A DNA stretch of 64,000 nt from Ostrea edulis (Eukaryota). This document shows, piece by piece, positions 13,052-27,814 of the stretch. The stretch covers positions 31,248,001 through 31,312,000 of the forward strand of contig NC_079168.1 in NCBI RefSeq assembly GCF_947568905.1. Direction: 5' to 3'. The position numbers and the translations under genes were made by a program. The notes below the pieces were generated by a model. It was given only the letters and a program-made list of their open reading frames with translations. It ran no database searches and had not been told where the DNA came from. Each line of letters starts with the position of its first letter. The first letter of the stretch is position 1.

Positions 13052-13204
13052 TATATGTACTTAGCTAGGCGATGACTTTTTAAATGAATAGAGTAGACAA
13101 ATATTGCTGAAATTTATATTTTCATTTTAAAAGAAAGTCAGCCATTATGACAATGTAGAGTACCTCCTTAAAGTTTTTGACACATTAAGTTTTGTTCACC
13201 TCAC

Positions 13205-13301
13205 CTGTAAATACACTTGGCACTTTGGACATAAAACTTTTGACCGTTCTGACAGATACCCCGGTACTCTCATCCTGCATCATCTCCACGATGTGCTCCA
13301 T
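13205..13301 (-). CDS. RGS7: RGS7-like coding exon 2 (97 bp; [33 protein letters not shown])
   Basis: Acceptor tttggcag|ATG, donor ACAG|gtgagg. Peptide matches the R7-family DEP start [33 protein letters not shown] (recalled). Confidence 0.95.
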
Positions 13302-13314
13302 CTGCCAAAGCAAA

Positions 13315-13490
13315 GATTCAACATTTCAATAGGTTAAAATTCTAAGTAAAGATCGAATACTTCACAATTCAACATTTCAATAGGTTAAAATTCTAAGTAA
13401 AGATCGAATACTTCACAATTCAACATTTCAATAGGTTAAAATTCTAAGTAAAGACTGAATGCTTCATAATTCAACATTTCAATAGATTAA
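13315..13490. repeat. 51-bp tandem repeat (~3.5 units) just upstream of the exon 2 acceptor
   Basis: ttcaacatttcaataggttaaaattctaagtaaagatcgaatacttcacaa. Confidence 0.9.
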
Positions 13491-14481
13491 AATTGATCTC
13501 ATCTCATACTTTAAGTCAAATAAAACAAGAGGCCCATGGGCCACATCATTCACCTGAATCATGTTCCTCATTCCTAGACACTAACTTAAACTCCTATCCT
13601 AGGCTGCATTAAAGATTGTAGCGGCTAGCCTAGAAGCAAGTGCCATTTTACACTTTCTTGTCATTTTGTTGTTCAGAGGCGAAAATACAACAAAATGGTA
13701 TTTGGACAACTTTTCGTCCTGCAATAACAAAAACAACACACCAACAAAATGATGATATTAGCTACTTTTGCCTCAAAATAACAAGAAAAAAAACACATTG
13801 TAAAATAGCACAAATCAGCCACCATACCTAGCCCATAGGCTAGCCGCTACTAATGGCACAAATCAGCCACCATACCTAGCCCATAGGCTAGCAGCTACGA
13901 TCTTGAACACAGCCCAGGTCTCATCCTATAAGAACACTTTCATCTTCTAAACAGAAAACTTTGTCAAACTACAGTAAAATACCCTTATAACAAACTTCCA
14001 GGGCCAGCAAAAAACAGTTGGTTATCACCAAACTTTGATATAACCAATAAAATTTTCATTCAAGATTTTCCTCTCATAGGAGAATAAATGTCATATTTCA
14101 CAAGAAGCATGGATCCGTCTTATCAATTGCACTTTACTGACTATATCCTTGTGGTTTTCTCGCTAATTAAATTTTTAAAGTCCTATTTATTCCAATATTA
14201 TAAAACTTCAACTCCCATTTAATGAGGCCCTTTCTGAATGACTCGACACCACATAAGGATCCTTGCATACTAATGTGACAAATTGTAGTTTTGTGACTTT
14301 TGAGAAACTCTTGAGAGGATTTATAGATATTGTTCACTGGAGCACATTTCTATTCTTAAGCACATTTATAGCAAGGTTTTGTAATCATATGTCTAGCTCC
14401 TGCAGAGAGAGTGCATAACTCTGCCCAATAATCAAGAAATTAACATAGATACCTTAATTTCGGCTACACCCCTGAGTTGAA

Positions 14482-14667
14482 ACCTTTCCCAACCAAACAT
14501 TCAATATAATACACATGTAGAATCTTTCCCACCCAAGCATTCAATATAATACACATGTAGAATCTTTCCCACCCAAGCATTCAATATAATATACATATAG
14601 AATCTTTTCCACCCAAGCATTCAATATAATATACATATAGAATCTTTCCCACCCAAGCATTCAATAT
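14482..14667. repeat. ~41-bp tandem repeat (~4.5 units)
   Basis: tctttcccacccaagcattcaatataatacacatgtagaa. Confidence 0.85.
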
Positions 14668-15644
14668 ACAGTCAAACCTCGTTATCTCAAACTCGATGAG
14701 ACCTTACTATGTACGAGAGTTCTCTAAAGGAAAATAATTCAGACATATCTAAAAAACGGCATGACTTGTTCAATATTCCCATGCCTATATCAGCCAAATA
14801 TACTTAAACGAAATCCTTCCTGTAAAATTAAGGCTTATACCCTTTCATGCAATGTAATGAATTTCATCCACTTTTAAAAATTCATGGCTCTGGCAGACAC
14901 TGCTAGAGTACATGCTACGCCTGTCTGCAGCTACATGTACGTAGTGCATATCTATGGTTGCATGCTTGAAATATCTCAAGCCATGATGTTGTCAACTGCA
15001 ATTCCAAAATGAGGCCATGGTGAACTACTTTTGGGCCATGACGTCACACCCTACCCCTAAAAAATGCATCTTTTAACTGCCAGAGTTTGGGGTTCTAGAC
15101 CTTACAACAGTGCTCATCATATGAATATCCAGATGATTGTATCTATGTATAGCCATAAACTTTTGAAATGTGACCTATTTTTGGTTTATGATCCACATAC
15201 TTCCCAACAAATGCATTAACTGACCATGCTTGATAGTCTTAAGGCCTCACAGTCTGAAAGATATAATCTGAATATGATTTGAGTATTTCAAAAGGAACTA
15301 GGCCACAGTGACCTATATTTGGTTTGTGACAACCCTCCTCCCCTAAAGAGGTATCAACTGACCAAGTTAGATGGTTCAAGGCCTCACCGTTAGTATGCAA
15401 GATATGATCTGGACACAATTTGAAAAATACATCAGCTGACATTTGAGAATCTACATTGTAGGTATCACATTGCGAATGAAATGATTCTGACGTGATTTGA
15501 ATAATCTTTTAACTAATGAGGTCACAGTCAATTATTTTTGGTCCCCCCCCCCCCCATCCAGACTTAACATCATAAAAGGGCCCATCAAAAAAAAATGAGT
15601 GTATCAGGTTGTATGTAGGAGGATTTATACTTTTCATTATAAAA

Positions 15645-16404
15645 CATAATAAAGTGCACCGCCACGTCACATGATACGCCCGTCACATATTGTTAACAGT
15701 ATAGATTGTACCCATTAAAACATTTTTTTTTTATATCACCTTAATTAAATGTCACAGTGACCTTAAAGTAGGATGCGACACACCTTCTACCTAAGATGCA
15801 TTAGTTGACCAATGTTGGTGATTCTAGGTCTAATAGTTTTCAAGTTATGAGCCGGACAAGTTTTTGCCATATATGGCCATATCTTCTTAATGAAAAGTCA
15901 CAGTGACCTGGTTTTAATGTGCGACACACCTTCTACCCAAGATGTATCTACAGACAAAGTTTGATGATTCTAGGCCTTGTAGTATTTAAGTTACGTGTCG
16001 GACACGAAAAAGATAACAGACGGACGGACAGACGGATATCTTCTTAATGAAAAGTCACAGTGACCTGGTTTTAATGTGCGACACACCTTCTACCCAAGAT
16101 GTATCTACAGACAAAGTTTCATGATTCTAGGCCTTGTAGTATTTAAGTTACGTGTCGGACACAAAAAAGATAACAGACGGATGGACAGACGGATATCTTC
16201 TTAATGAAAAGTCACAGTGACCTGGTTTTAATGTGCGACACACCTTCTACCCAAGATGTATCTACAGACAAAGTTTCATGATTCTAGGCCTTGTAGTATT
16301 TAAGTTACGGGTCGGACACGAAAAAGCTAACAGACGGACGGACAGACGGACGGACATGAACGCCATACCATAATACGTCCCGTCTTAAGACGGGCGTATA
16401 AAAA
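15645..16404 (+). mobile_element. Helentron-type non-autonomous element with 157-bp cores
   Basis: 5' gatacgcccgtc; cores at 15881, 16038, 16195 each carrying (GGAC)n; 3' hairpin cgtcccgtcttaagacgggcgtataaaaa. Confidence 0.75.
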
Positions 16405-19400
16405 GTAACATCATACAAAAATCCATCAGGATGTCCCTGGGAAAAGTGCTTCCCTTGCAAAAGTGTAACTGCATCTAGATAGACAGAGACAGACAGACAG
16501 AACAGCTGGACAGACAGCCGGACAGTAACAGATGCTATGTTGTTCTTTGATGGCTGTATCCATCATGTTCTGCAGGCGACACAGAAAATTGATGATAATA
16601 GGCACCTATCAGAGGGCACTTCTAGGTGTGGATGATCATTGGGACATATATAGCAATCATAATTTGTATCAAAACAAATTTGTGTTCAAATTACAAGGCT
16701 CTATGCTGCAACCCTCTGCCAGCTGTCATTATCACCCTAACCACAAAACAGGGACTATTGATTGAGGAAGAAATTTTAACACCCATTAGGTCTGGCCTGT
16801 GCAGCACCTGCCAATCAAATTATTTTAACATCCAAGTGTTACCTCAAATCCATAGAATTTAATAAAACTCTCTGCTTATTGCAGACGAGTCATCCATCCC
16901 GAAATTCCATTATACAAAAGCTTACTTTATACTCCAAACAGATTGAGTTTATTGAGCAGTCAGTTGACTGGTTGGAATTAGTGCTATAATCCTGGTAATG
17001 AATAGATCCGGGATCTGCTAAACAAGATGTTACATTCGAACCACAGCGGGGAAAAATCCCTGTACAAACAGGAAGAGATGTCATCATAGAAATGAGTCTG
17101 TTGAGTTTTGTCCAATTTTACACATGCATTGAATGTGTGTCTTATTGAATAATTAATATGCAAATGTGGTTCAGTAGATGAACGTGTTACGTGTTTTAAT
17201 GTGTGACCTTTATGGACTTAAATTTGCATGTGTGGTACAAGTATCATGAAAAATTCAAGATCCATGTTGCTTAAAAGTTTGCTAAATCTAACCGACAGAA
17301 CTTTACAATTTCTCAACGGGTTAATTGTAAAACAATTCCAACCAACCATCATTTCGGAGGAATATATTACACACCAGAGAAATCGTGTATCGTTGAAAAC
17401 TGGAGGATATGTACAAAATATCTTAAAATTGAAAACTTTCAAATTTATCTCATTAAAAATTCCGTTTTTATAGTAGGAAGTCACCTAAAAAAAAATTTTA
17501 AAACCCTACTGGACCCAAATGATCTACAGTCGACATGTTAAGCGACTGAGCTACCCAGCTTGATGATTAGATTTAAACAGAAATATACCAATATTGTTGA
17601 CATCTATATTCTGTTGTTTTAGAAAGTTGACCATTATGACGATTTAATACACCTAGCTGACATTTGCATGCAGTTAAACTTAAATGTCAACACCTGTGTA
17701 CTCTGTTTGCCTGCACAATCCGACCCTATTTTCCTTCTATTTAGTTATCTATGTTCTTTATACACTGCACAATCAGACATCCTGTGTATTCTGACACGAG
17801 CACATTGATTTAGACGGGTTTCTCTGTACCACTCATACTAAAGGTCACGAACTCAACACCACAGAGAACACTTCACAAATCATCATAAGCCATATTCAAT
17901 CCAATTCATTTCTCAATCACATTATTCATAATTTAGAGATTTGATATATATGCTCCAATCTTCATATGGTAAGACCTGTGTTTTTAGCACAGAGGAATTG
18001 GGTTCAAACTTCAATGATTATAGTATACTCATAGATAGATCATATAGTAAGAGTTCAAAATGATCCAAATAATCAAAGTTTGGTCTATAAAATGAGATGA
18101 ATTTTGAAAACAATTTGTCAATGATTTTTTAAAAACACATCAAATAGAATTTTTTATCTACTTTTAAAATACATCATGACAATATGAAGTACTCAAGCTG
18201 ATTTCAAATTTCAATGCTGGAACTTAAGTTGACACTCATGAACTTAGCCCATTCTTAATGGCCTACTGTTGCATGGAGATCACTGCCATTTATGATCATA
18301 TAAAAAACTGAAAGACCTTCACAAATCAAATCTATTTTAATTGAAAGAACCTGGCTGAGAAATTGAAGAAAATAATATTAATATCCCCCCCCCCCCCCCA
18401 AATCATGCTTAACAATTTTTTAATTCGTTTGGGTTTTGAGAGTATCACGGCGACATCACAAAGTACGTAGCCAACAGCTATGACAGCACACCCTACTACA
18501 AGATGTAACGTAGATGTCATTTCTAGTACAGCAGACAGCCATTATCATGATGCGAGGTCACTGACATATATTCATGTGATCACGGTTCTCCTACCCTTAA
18601 TTGTACATCATTATAAACACAATTGTATCTTTCTCTGTGAATGCATTATACGTACGATATCATCTTTAAACAGGCAACACTAAAACTAAAGAACCTCACA
18701 GTTTCATTACATTTCCTCTCTGTACATCATTTGTCCTTGACCTTTTTATCTCTTTTAAATAATGATATTTAGCAGTATGCCAACACAGAATATAAAACAG
18801 CTAAGCACCTCTAAGCTGTGTATCTTTGAGTCAGGTGGGAAACATTTCAACATAATATGTACATACCTAAATCATTTCTCAGTTTCATTATGCTCCTATC
18901 AATTATGTGTGAAATATGGAAAACAGATCCCGAGGAATGCTGTAGAGGTATTCCAAACTTTCACTACTGTCTCTCATTACATTGATCACTATAGGAGCTG
19001 GATCGTGTATCGTTCAAATATCTTCCTCAAGCACAAATACATCACTTATATATACACCCAAATGTCAACATAAAAATACTATAATCATACTACTGTTGTA
19101 TTGTGTAGCCACTCATTGAAATCTCGTATCAGAAATTGTTGAACTGTAACTTTTATCTTTGAAATTATTTGACCTAGCTGAGTCCAAGTTGTTGAAATGT
19201 TAGTCTAAATGAAGTAATATATGACTTCATATTGATTTTTTTTTTTTTACACCTGTTGTGCTAATACAACTGAAGACAAAATAAATGAAATTGTTTGCGT
19301 GTTTTAAAAGTCATTTGTATAATAGATGTGAAAAATATTCATCTAATGCTGATATTATTAATTACTTTCTTTGTCAACATTCGCTTTGAATCTTTACATG

Positions 19401-19474
19401 TATGTGAAATTGACAGAATTAAGAGCAACACCTGGCTCTGTCTCCTTAACACTGGTCAACACCAGTTCTGTCCA

Positions 19475-19730
19475 GTAGCCACAGTTACTGAGTCCTGTAG
19501 CCACATGCAGTTACTGAGTTGCTAGCCCAGTTACTAAGTCCGGTAGCCATGATTACTGAGTCGCTAGCCATGGTTACTGAGTCCGGCAGCCACAGTTACC
19601 GAGTCACTAGCCACGGTTACTGAGTCCAGTAGCCACAGTAACTAAGTCTGGTAGCCACGGTTACTGATTCGCTAGCCATGGTTACTGAGTCTGGTAGCCA
19701 CGGTTACTGAGTCGCTAGCCACGGTAACTG
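19475..19730. repeat. ~20-bp degenerate minisatellite
   Basis: agccacggttactgagtc(gct/cggt). Confidence 0.85.
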
Positions 19731-22700
19731 GGTCCGGAAGTACCTACCCTATCCCATTTGACGTAGTGTAAACGAATACAATAGGTGTGGCTTGCGACAA
19801 TGTATTTTCTGGAGAAGGGCAATGATGGACAACTCAAAATTTGAGGGCTTGATATGTAGTTTAACTGGAAAAATTCAGTGGAATGTAAATTCAATGTGAT
19901 GAATAAGTTGAATTACGATCCATCTCAGAAGTCCACTGTACTTCTGTCTCATTTAACGGTGTAAAGTTTGAGTTATATGACTCAATTGCAAAGCAATTGT
20001 TTTCAGAGCACATTCCCCATCTATTGATGACCAAAGAAGCACATGTTGGACTTGATCATTCATAGCAGATGTCAAGCTGTTATTCATTGTTAACATTTAA
20101 TAACCCTAAACTCGATCACCACCATGAAAGGGAAAAATAGCAGATTACAGTCAAACACTAATTAGCACACCTTTAATTAATCCTGAATGTGAACCCCACC
20201 AGTGATGAGATTTGCAATTAAGCCAAGATTTAGGATTCTGGGAAATTTCTGTACTCGATAAGTAAATGTGAGTTTACCCGACAATAAACTGTATTCATTC
20301 AACACATGTTAAAATCACAGAACCGCTTCCTTTCTTTTCCAGGAATTCTAAATTAACGTAATGCCAAATTGTACAAAAGAACACATATTATACCGAGATA
20401 GTTTGAAATTATAGCTAATATAGTAAAAAAAATATATAAAAATTAAAAACTGGGCTTGGGCTTCTAAAATATCCCCACCACTGCATTCACGAGTGGTCAG
20501 TTAATTTGCAGGTCAGTGCTTTTCAATATAACTTTAAGAAATAAGGACACTCATCACAATTATTGAAGAAGGAAAAACTTGTACTACAAATGAAAATTTG
20601 AAACTTTTTAAAACTGATGAAAAAATGTAATACTTTAACTAGGCAGCAACAAAGCCCCAAGTGTAAAGAAAATACTAAATGCCTTAAATTTCTAATTGAG
20701 CTTCGATCATCATGCACACACCCAGTCCTGACAATTTTAATTAAATGACAGTATAGGTACAGTAAAAAGCATAATGAGCAATAACATCTGTACCCTTAAG
20801 CTAACTTGTAATCAAAAAAACCCCAGTGGCAACTGGATAAGTATTTTGAATGGATATCCTCCCAATACCCCCCCCCTCCCCCCCTCCCCCAGGTGATATC
20901 CATATACAGCTGTGAAAAACTGTACCATTTTCAAGTACACACTATACATATATACACCACAATTAACAATGACCTCTAAATGTAGGACAAATCCGGTCCT
21001 ATTAACTTCCAGCTCCAGTAATGCAGGAGATTCTTCCTACGATTATGACATTTTCTACTGATGCTCGTTTTCATTCCACTTTGAGCTTGGGACTGCAGAT
21101 CTAATGAAATATTGTAGGAGGACTTGAGGAATGATAATAGCTAGTAAAGTATTCTAAAATCAATGCCACGCACCGTGTCCTTCACCATGACATTTAGTTA
21201 TATTGTAAGTCTTGTAGTTATAGTTTATGACTTCTAAATCCTCTTATGCTGTGAATTAATGCCCACCCTGTCAGAATTGCCCCATTATCCTCCATTTCCA
21301 TATACTTGTATTACCAATAAGTATATGAAACAGTAATAAGTCAGAACCATATATATCATTAATCTAAGATTCCTACCTCTCTTACTCAAACTTATTATTG
21401 TGACATGTGCGGGGGGTACCCCACACGTCACAAGATAAAGCGGGGGTAAGAGTCAGAGGAATCTAGGATTATTATATCATTTACGGTCTCTCGTGTTTTC
21501 ATTACACATAACTGAATTGCACACATTATTTTGATATTTTGCTGATTCAGCATTAACACACCCTACAATCAATCTAAAATGTCAAATTTCTGATAAGAAA
21601 TACATTGACATTTTACATTTCTTTTGGTACCTAAAACAACTTATCTTAATTCTCTAAGTGGACAATAAATATAACATAAATCAAGAAAAATCAACCATAC
21701 ATGCATTAAATACAGCATGCTTATACATCACAGTTGATTGAACATGCTCTAAGTTCGAAAACTTTAATTAAATGACAAAAGCTAGATAATTATTATTTTA
21801 CACCGAATTAAATGGTCTCAAATGAGTTTGATAAACGGTGTATATTTCAGTGTGTGACGACACCTCTGTAATTATGACGCCAGTGAAGTTCTGATTGCTT
21901 TAGGTGTAAATGGTTATTCCACCCAGCACTGATTATCAACGTCTGCTAATACTAGCTCACGTTCCCATATAAAGCCGGAATGTCGTCACGAAGACATGGT
22001 CCACAAATATTCTACCACTTAGGGTAAAGATTTTTTGCATAGCAAATTCAACAACGTATATAAATTGATTTAATATTCCTGCTCTTGGAAAAGCTCTTTT
22101 AAAAGAACATTTAATTTATCTTTATAAAATTAATCAATTTCAAATAATTCACTCTGTATTGAAAAATGTGAGCCTGTGCAGTAATTAACAATCTATACTG
22201 GGAATATACACTAAATAATCATCAGCTGTCATTTAGATGTAGAATGTATCTATTATATACATGTGACACTTGTTACACTGTGTTTTAGTGTCAAAATTAT
22301 AAATTTCTTCTAAAGTTGAAATAAATAATACAACTAAACTTTCTATTACATGTATAGAGCTATAGAGCCATAGATTTTTACATATTGAAGATATTCATTA
22401 CAAACACTGTGGGTCACTTCTGTTAAATAATACACCAGGGAAAAAATGGACAATATATACAATAATGTTTTGAAATTGAAAACCTCGGATTTATCTAGTC
22501 AAAATGCAGTTTCAGTAGAAAGTAATCTGAAAAAAAAAAACAACCTTAAAACCCCTCATGATCTACACATGTTAAGCAGCTGAGCTACCTACAAGGCAAT
22601 CTTAAAAAGGAATATATATGTACAAATATTGCTGATACAGTGTATTTATATTTTCATTCATCTTTTAAAAGGAAGTCAGCCATTATGACAAGGAGTTATT

Positions 22701-23184
22701 CCCCCTTAAGTATCTTTGGTCATAATGTGTAGGCCTACAGGGAGCTTTTATACTGTTATTTTCACCCATACTCACTGGAAATAAGATTTCACCTATAGTT
22801 TTAAATTTGCCCAAAGACCCCCTTCTAAATAAGCCATGATAAAGTTTATCGATATGTCTGGTACCGTACACTAATAATGTAGCCCAGGACTCTAGTCACA
22901 CTGGTTTAAACCGGATCTACTCTTCATGAAGATCTTGACAAACTGCACCTTTTGAGGTTCTTGGCTGTTATTGAGAAGATTGATTGTATAATGTTTAACG
23001 TCACACTCAAGACGTCACCATTGCTGGTGAAAGGCTATAAAATTTAGTCCTATGCTCGGGGATTACGGCCTTTGGGCAGGGAGGGATCTTTATCATAACA
23101 CACCTACTGTGATATGAGACCTTGGTTTTCGTGGTCTCATCTGCAGAATCATTTTTTAGAATTACACCTTATTTCCCAATTATC

Positions 23185-23546
23185 CAGTCTATGCGAAAGT
23201 TTTTTGGACCACACAGGACATTCGGTCCTGTGTAATCAATGAACACACCGGACCGAACCAAATTTTGTCATGTTTATTATACTAGTAATACTATACCAGG
23301 GATCCCTCCCATATAATACTTTAGACAGTCCATGCGGTTTTAATCACATTCATTTACGTATTTGGATTCGTGTGCTATTTTTTACTTATAACAAACATTT
23401 AAATGACTCCGCATCAAAATAGTAAAGCTCAAAACCGGACACTGAGACATCGGACATTCCGGTCTGGTGTAAAAAAAATGATGCATCGTACCTGAGGCAC
23501 TGCACATCGGTCAGGTCCGACGGTCCGATGTCTTTCGCATAGACTG
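23185..23546. mobile_element. MITE with 15-bp TIR and 7-bp TSD
   Basis: CAGTCTATGCGAAAG ... CTTTCGCATAGACTG; TSD aattatc at 23178-23184 and 23547-23553. Confidence 0.85.
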
Positions 23547-23751
23547 AATTATCCCCCTTGGAAGGGAACACAGCCCTTACATTTGTACAAATGTCAACAA
23601 AGGATGCCTTGAAATTAGCCGTGTCGGTTCTGACAAGTTTGATTGACATTGGCCTTGTGGTTCTAGAGAAGATCAAAGTCTAATGTGTGAAAAAGTTAAT
23701 GACAACGTGGACTGCAGATAACAGTGAAAATGCAAATCTGATCGCAGAAAG

Positions 23752-24011
23752 TTGGATTTATTGTTTAATGTCCCTCTTGCTAATCTTTCACTCATATGGA
23801 GACGTCACCATTGACTGTGAAGGGCTGCAAAATTTAGGCCTATGCTCAGCACTTATGACCTTTGGGCAGGGAGGGATCTTTATTGTGCTACACCTGCTGT
23901 GACACAGGGCCTTGGTTTTTGTGGCCTTATCCGAAGGACCGCCCCATTTAGTTGCCTCTTACGACAAGCAAGGAGTACTGAGGACATATTCTAACCCGGA
24001 TCCCCATGGAA
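23752..24011 (-). mobile_element. SINE-like repeat, same family (a partial copy also at ~22980-23135)
   Basis: Colinear with 5157-5412. Confidence 0.8.
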
Positions 24012-24439
24012 AAGTTGGAAAATTTGAAGAATTTTCAGATAGCAAGGATACAGGGTTATTATCGGGGCAAATACGGTAACGGTACTTGTACTGGAATTCT
24101 GTATTGAGGAAACTTAATCTATAATATCTGAAATATACAAATATCAGACAAGCAAATCAAGGATCAGAGTACTTACATGTAAATCTAAATACGAAAAATA
24201 AACAAATGAACTGGAGTAATTTAAATTAGGATGCTTTGAAACCATTCAATTACAAGGTGAAACAGAAGCTATCAGTATAAAAACATACTTTGATCTATAA
24301 AAAGATGACCATGAATTGATGTATTGATAAAATATCAAACCTTTTAAATCCTAAACACCTTGATGTGAAACCACAGATTAAATCAAGGTCGATACAAAGT
24401 ACATTACTATTTACCTGCACAAAACCTGTATGCGGGGAG

Positions 24440-24572
24440 AGAACTAGCCCTGTAAGGGGAAAGAATTAGCCCTGTAACCAGGGAAAAGAACTAGCCCTGT
24501 AAAGGAAAAGAACTAGCCTTGTAAAGGAAAAGAACTAGCCCTGTAAAGGGAAAGAACTAGCCCTGTAAGGGG
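24440..24572. repeat. ~20-bp minisatellite
   Basis: gaactagccctgtaaaggaaa. Confidence 0.85.
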
Positions 24573-27500
24573 AATTTGTCAATCACTCCCTTGACTTCTT
24601 AATGAAAAAGTGTGGAAAACTGATTTGCCTGGCTGACAGACAGAGTGCAAACTTAAAGTCCTTTTTGACTCTGCCGGTTGGGGACTAATTAAAACAATTA
24701 TAACCTAGATGCAAGAACTAGAAAACTGACACCATCCAAAGGTGCTGGTGGACAGGACTTCCGGTACCCCCCTTCTTGTACTTTTGAATGATCAATTCCT
24801 TGGGTATTTCAGGTGGGTTTTTATCAAAATATGTAACTTCAGAGTGTATCTATTTCGATGGAATACACAAATCTTGCATAGAAACCATTTTTAAAAATGT
24901 CATGTCACTATTCACTTGATCATACTAGAAAAAAAAGGGGGAGCCAGATTGCAGGTCTGGTTATCATCAGACTGGGGGTACTAAGGGCCTATTCTAACCT
25001 GGATCCCCACGTGATAAAGCTGTATGTTAAAACATGACAATGTATTAAACTTGAAGGTTTGTGACCTTGACCTCCGACCCTGTAAAAACAAAATCAATGT
25101 CTTTCTATAATCATCATCTGCCTTTGTAAACAACATGAATGGTCTATCTTGAAAATTTTTCAACTTGCTGAGTCACATGAAAGCACATTCAGTAAGCTTT
25201 ATGTTTACTCAAGATATTAATGTCATAATAAAATTAATGACAGACAGATGGATGGATAGAAAGATGTGATTACTATAGGGCTCCCACACTTTCAATGCGG
25301 ATCCTAGTTCATCATTAAATCTAAGCACTTTAAAACTTTCCTGAAAAAATTCAATCAATATACTTGTTTTACATGACCTCGATAATCCTATTGTAACTGA
25401 ACTGAAGACAGTGTATGTTCAGTACACTCTACCATTAAAAATTAATATGAAAAATCGACAGTATTTTCTCAAATCCTGTGAAAATGATGTACTTTCCTTC
25501 TGATGAGATTTTAACTGATCGGACAGCAACTATAGAACTTCAGTGTCAAAAACATACCTGTGGTGTACGTTTGTTCTTATGCATTGGGAAATAGGATACT
25601 GAACAGGATATACTGAAGCGCAATTGTGTCAAAAATTTGGTGTCATTCAGGACGCTTGATAGTACAGCTGGTTGATTACCAGACAAGTTGTGTGGAAATA
25701 AATCCTTACTCACTAAAACTATATCAGTCCTAATAAAACGTAAATTCCTTCCACATCAAAACTGATTCATATTTGAATATTTACATTTCCAATGTTTTTA
25801 ACTCTTAATTAATATCCTTACTTTGTAACGATAGCCATTTCCTCAGGAATGTGAACAATGTGCGTATGAATCTTGATAAAAATAGTACACATATTCTAAC
25901 GGCTGGGGATATTCCATGCTTTATGAAGTACGCTGGCGTAAGGTGTTGCAGTTTATGCCCTCCCTTGTGTATTTTCAAAAAATGCAATTTATTTCTTATA
26001 ACGCTACTTTATTCTTCTGTCGGTACAAATCCATGCCCTACAAAGTACTATACCAGAGAAAATTAATTTACTCTGGATGGCCAGGTCATATCACATCTTT
26101 AAAAGGTCAAAATGAAACTTAAAGTTGAGAATGATGATCTGATAATCTAGCACTGAAGATATCAATGGGAAGAGAATTTTCCAAGTGACCTTGAATTTGT
26201 TAAGATGACCTTGACATGGGTATCTAATTGGTTACAATGGTGTATTATTGTTGATAAACTGGGCTAGTCCAAAGGTTAAGAGAACCAAAGGTACTCACAA
26301 GTAAACAAGTACCGACTTATAAAGGAAATATGATAATAAAAATTTCCATGAAAATCAGCAATTTTGGTAAGAATCAAGATTGCCAACAGTACAATTTCAT
26401 TCTGCAATAAGCCTTAGTGTGGTCCGTTCTTTAATTGTAATGGGACTATAGATCTACACTAGCTGCCATTAAGGGTTTTACGTCCACTCTGCTATCAAAG
26501 GGTTTATGGGAAGCGGAGTGAAACCCCTTGGCTAGTGAAGATCGCACTGAATATGAACTTCCAAAGTAACAGATAATATCTAGCCAACTATTATCCAAAA
26601 TGCACCCTCCTCAATTTGGTAAACTGTGTCTCATGGCAGACAAAAAACCTTACATTACCATGATTATGCATCATTTAAGTGTTTGCAATACACCATACTT
26701 TAAATTTATTACCTTTTTGTCAACTTTCATAATTTTCCGAAACTTGTGATAGATAAATCATAAAGCCATACTCCAGACCATGAACAGATGCTTTCTGCCT
26801 TAATTTGTTTTTTTTTTGTACATAGCAACAAAATGGTTGGTTTATAAATTTGAGTTGTACAGAACATACACGTGGGTTATGTGTTAGTGCTCCATTCAGT
26901 GGTGCAGCCATCCAAGCACACCGCCTCAGTAATTGCCTTTAACATGACCACGGAGATAAAAAGATTCAGGTTTCTTCATTACAGATATAACTAATCAATA
27001 CACAGTCATCTTCAATAAGGACACAGGCAATATCTGATCGTCATCACATCCACACACAGTGAACGCTGGAAATCTGCAGCTGAAATAAGCCTACTGCTGT
27101 ACCTATTACAAGATTTTAACAGTGGTTGATAACATTGGCTTTGTTTCATTATATAAATGTACTACATATACACAAGTATATATCTTATTAAAATTTTCTT
27201 GCACGTTAATATACTGAAGGGGACAAATTTTTCTATTAATTCCGGGGGAAACATAGCGCAATTTTTACTTTAAGCCTTATGATCAACACAATTATCAATA
27301 TGAAACTCTGAAATCAATAATTTATGACCAATTACTTTAATTTGAAACTTTGTAATAAGTAATTCATGATTCACACAGTACTAATCATTATAAGAGACTT
27401 TAATAGATTGTTGGGGTATCACACAATGAGTTTTAAGTATATGCAATATCAATTTTTATTTAAGGTGCTAGGACTATAATACATGTATATTATCATAATA

Positions 27501-27589
27501 ATGAAGCTACGCATAAAATTACTAATTCATTATCAATGTTATGAAACTCGTTAACTTAATCAGAACTCGTTAACTTACTGAGAACAATT

Positions 27590-27814
27590 ATGAAAGGTGA
27601 AGATAACGAACAGTGATCAATCTCATAGCAGTTACTCCTATAAAGAATACAAAATAGATAGTTGGGCATACACGGACCCCTGGACCTACCAGAGGTGGGA
27701 TCAGACAAACACGGACCCCTGGATATACCAGAGGTAGGATCAGGTGCCTAGGAGGAGTAAGCATCCTCTGTTGACCAGTCACACCCGCCATGAGTCCTAT
27801 ATCTTGATCAGGTA
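27590..27814 (-). mobile_element. Solo Penelope-like terminus in the RGS7 27-kb intron
   Basis: atgaaaggtgaagataacgaacagtgatc...tgatcaggta, with a local duplication of the cacggacccctgga...gggatcag segment. Confidence 0.85.
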
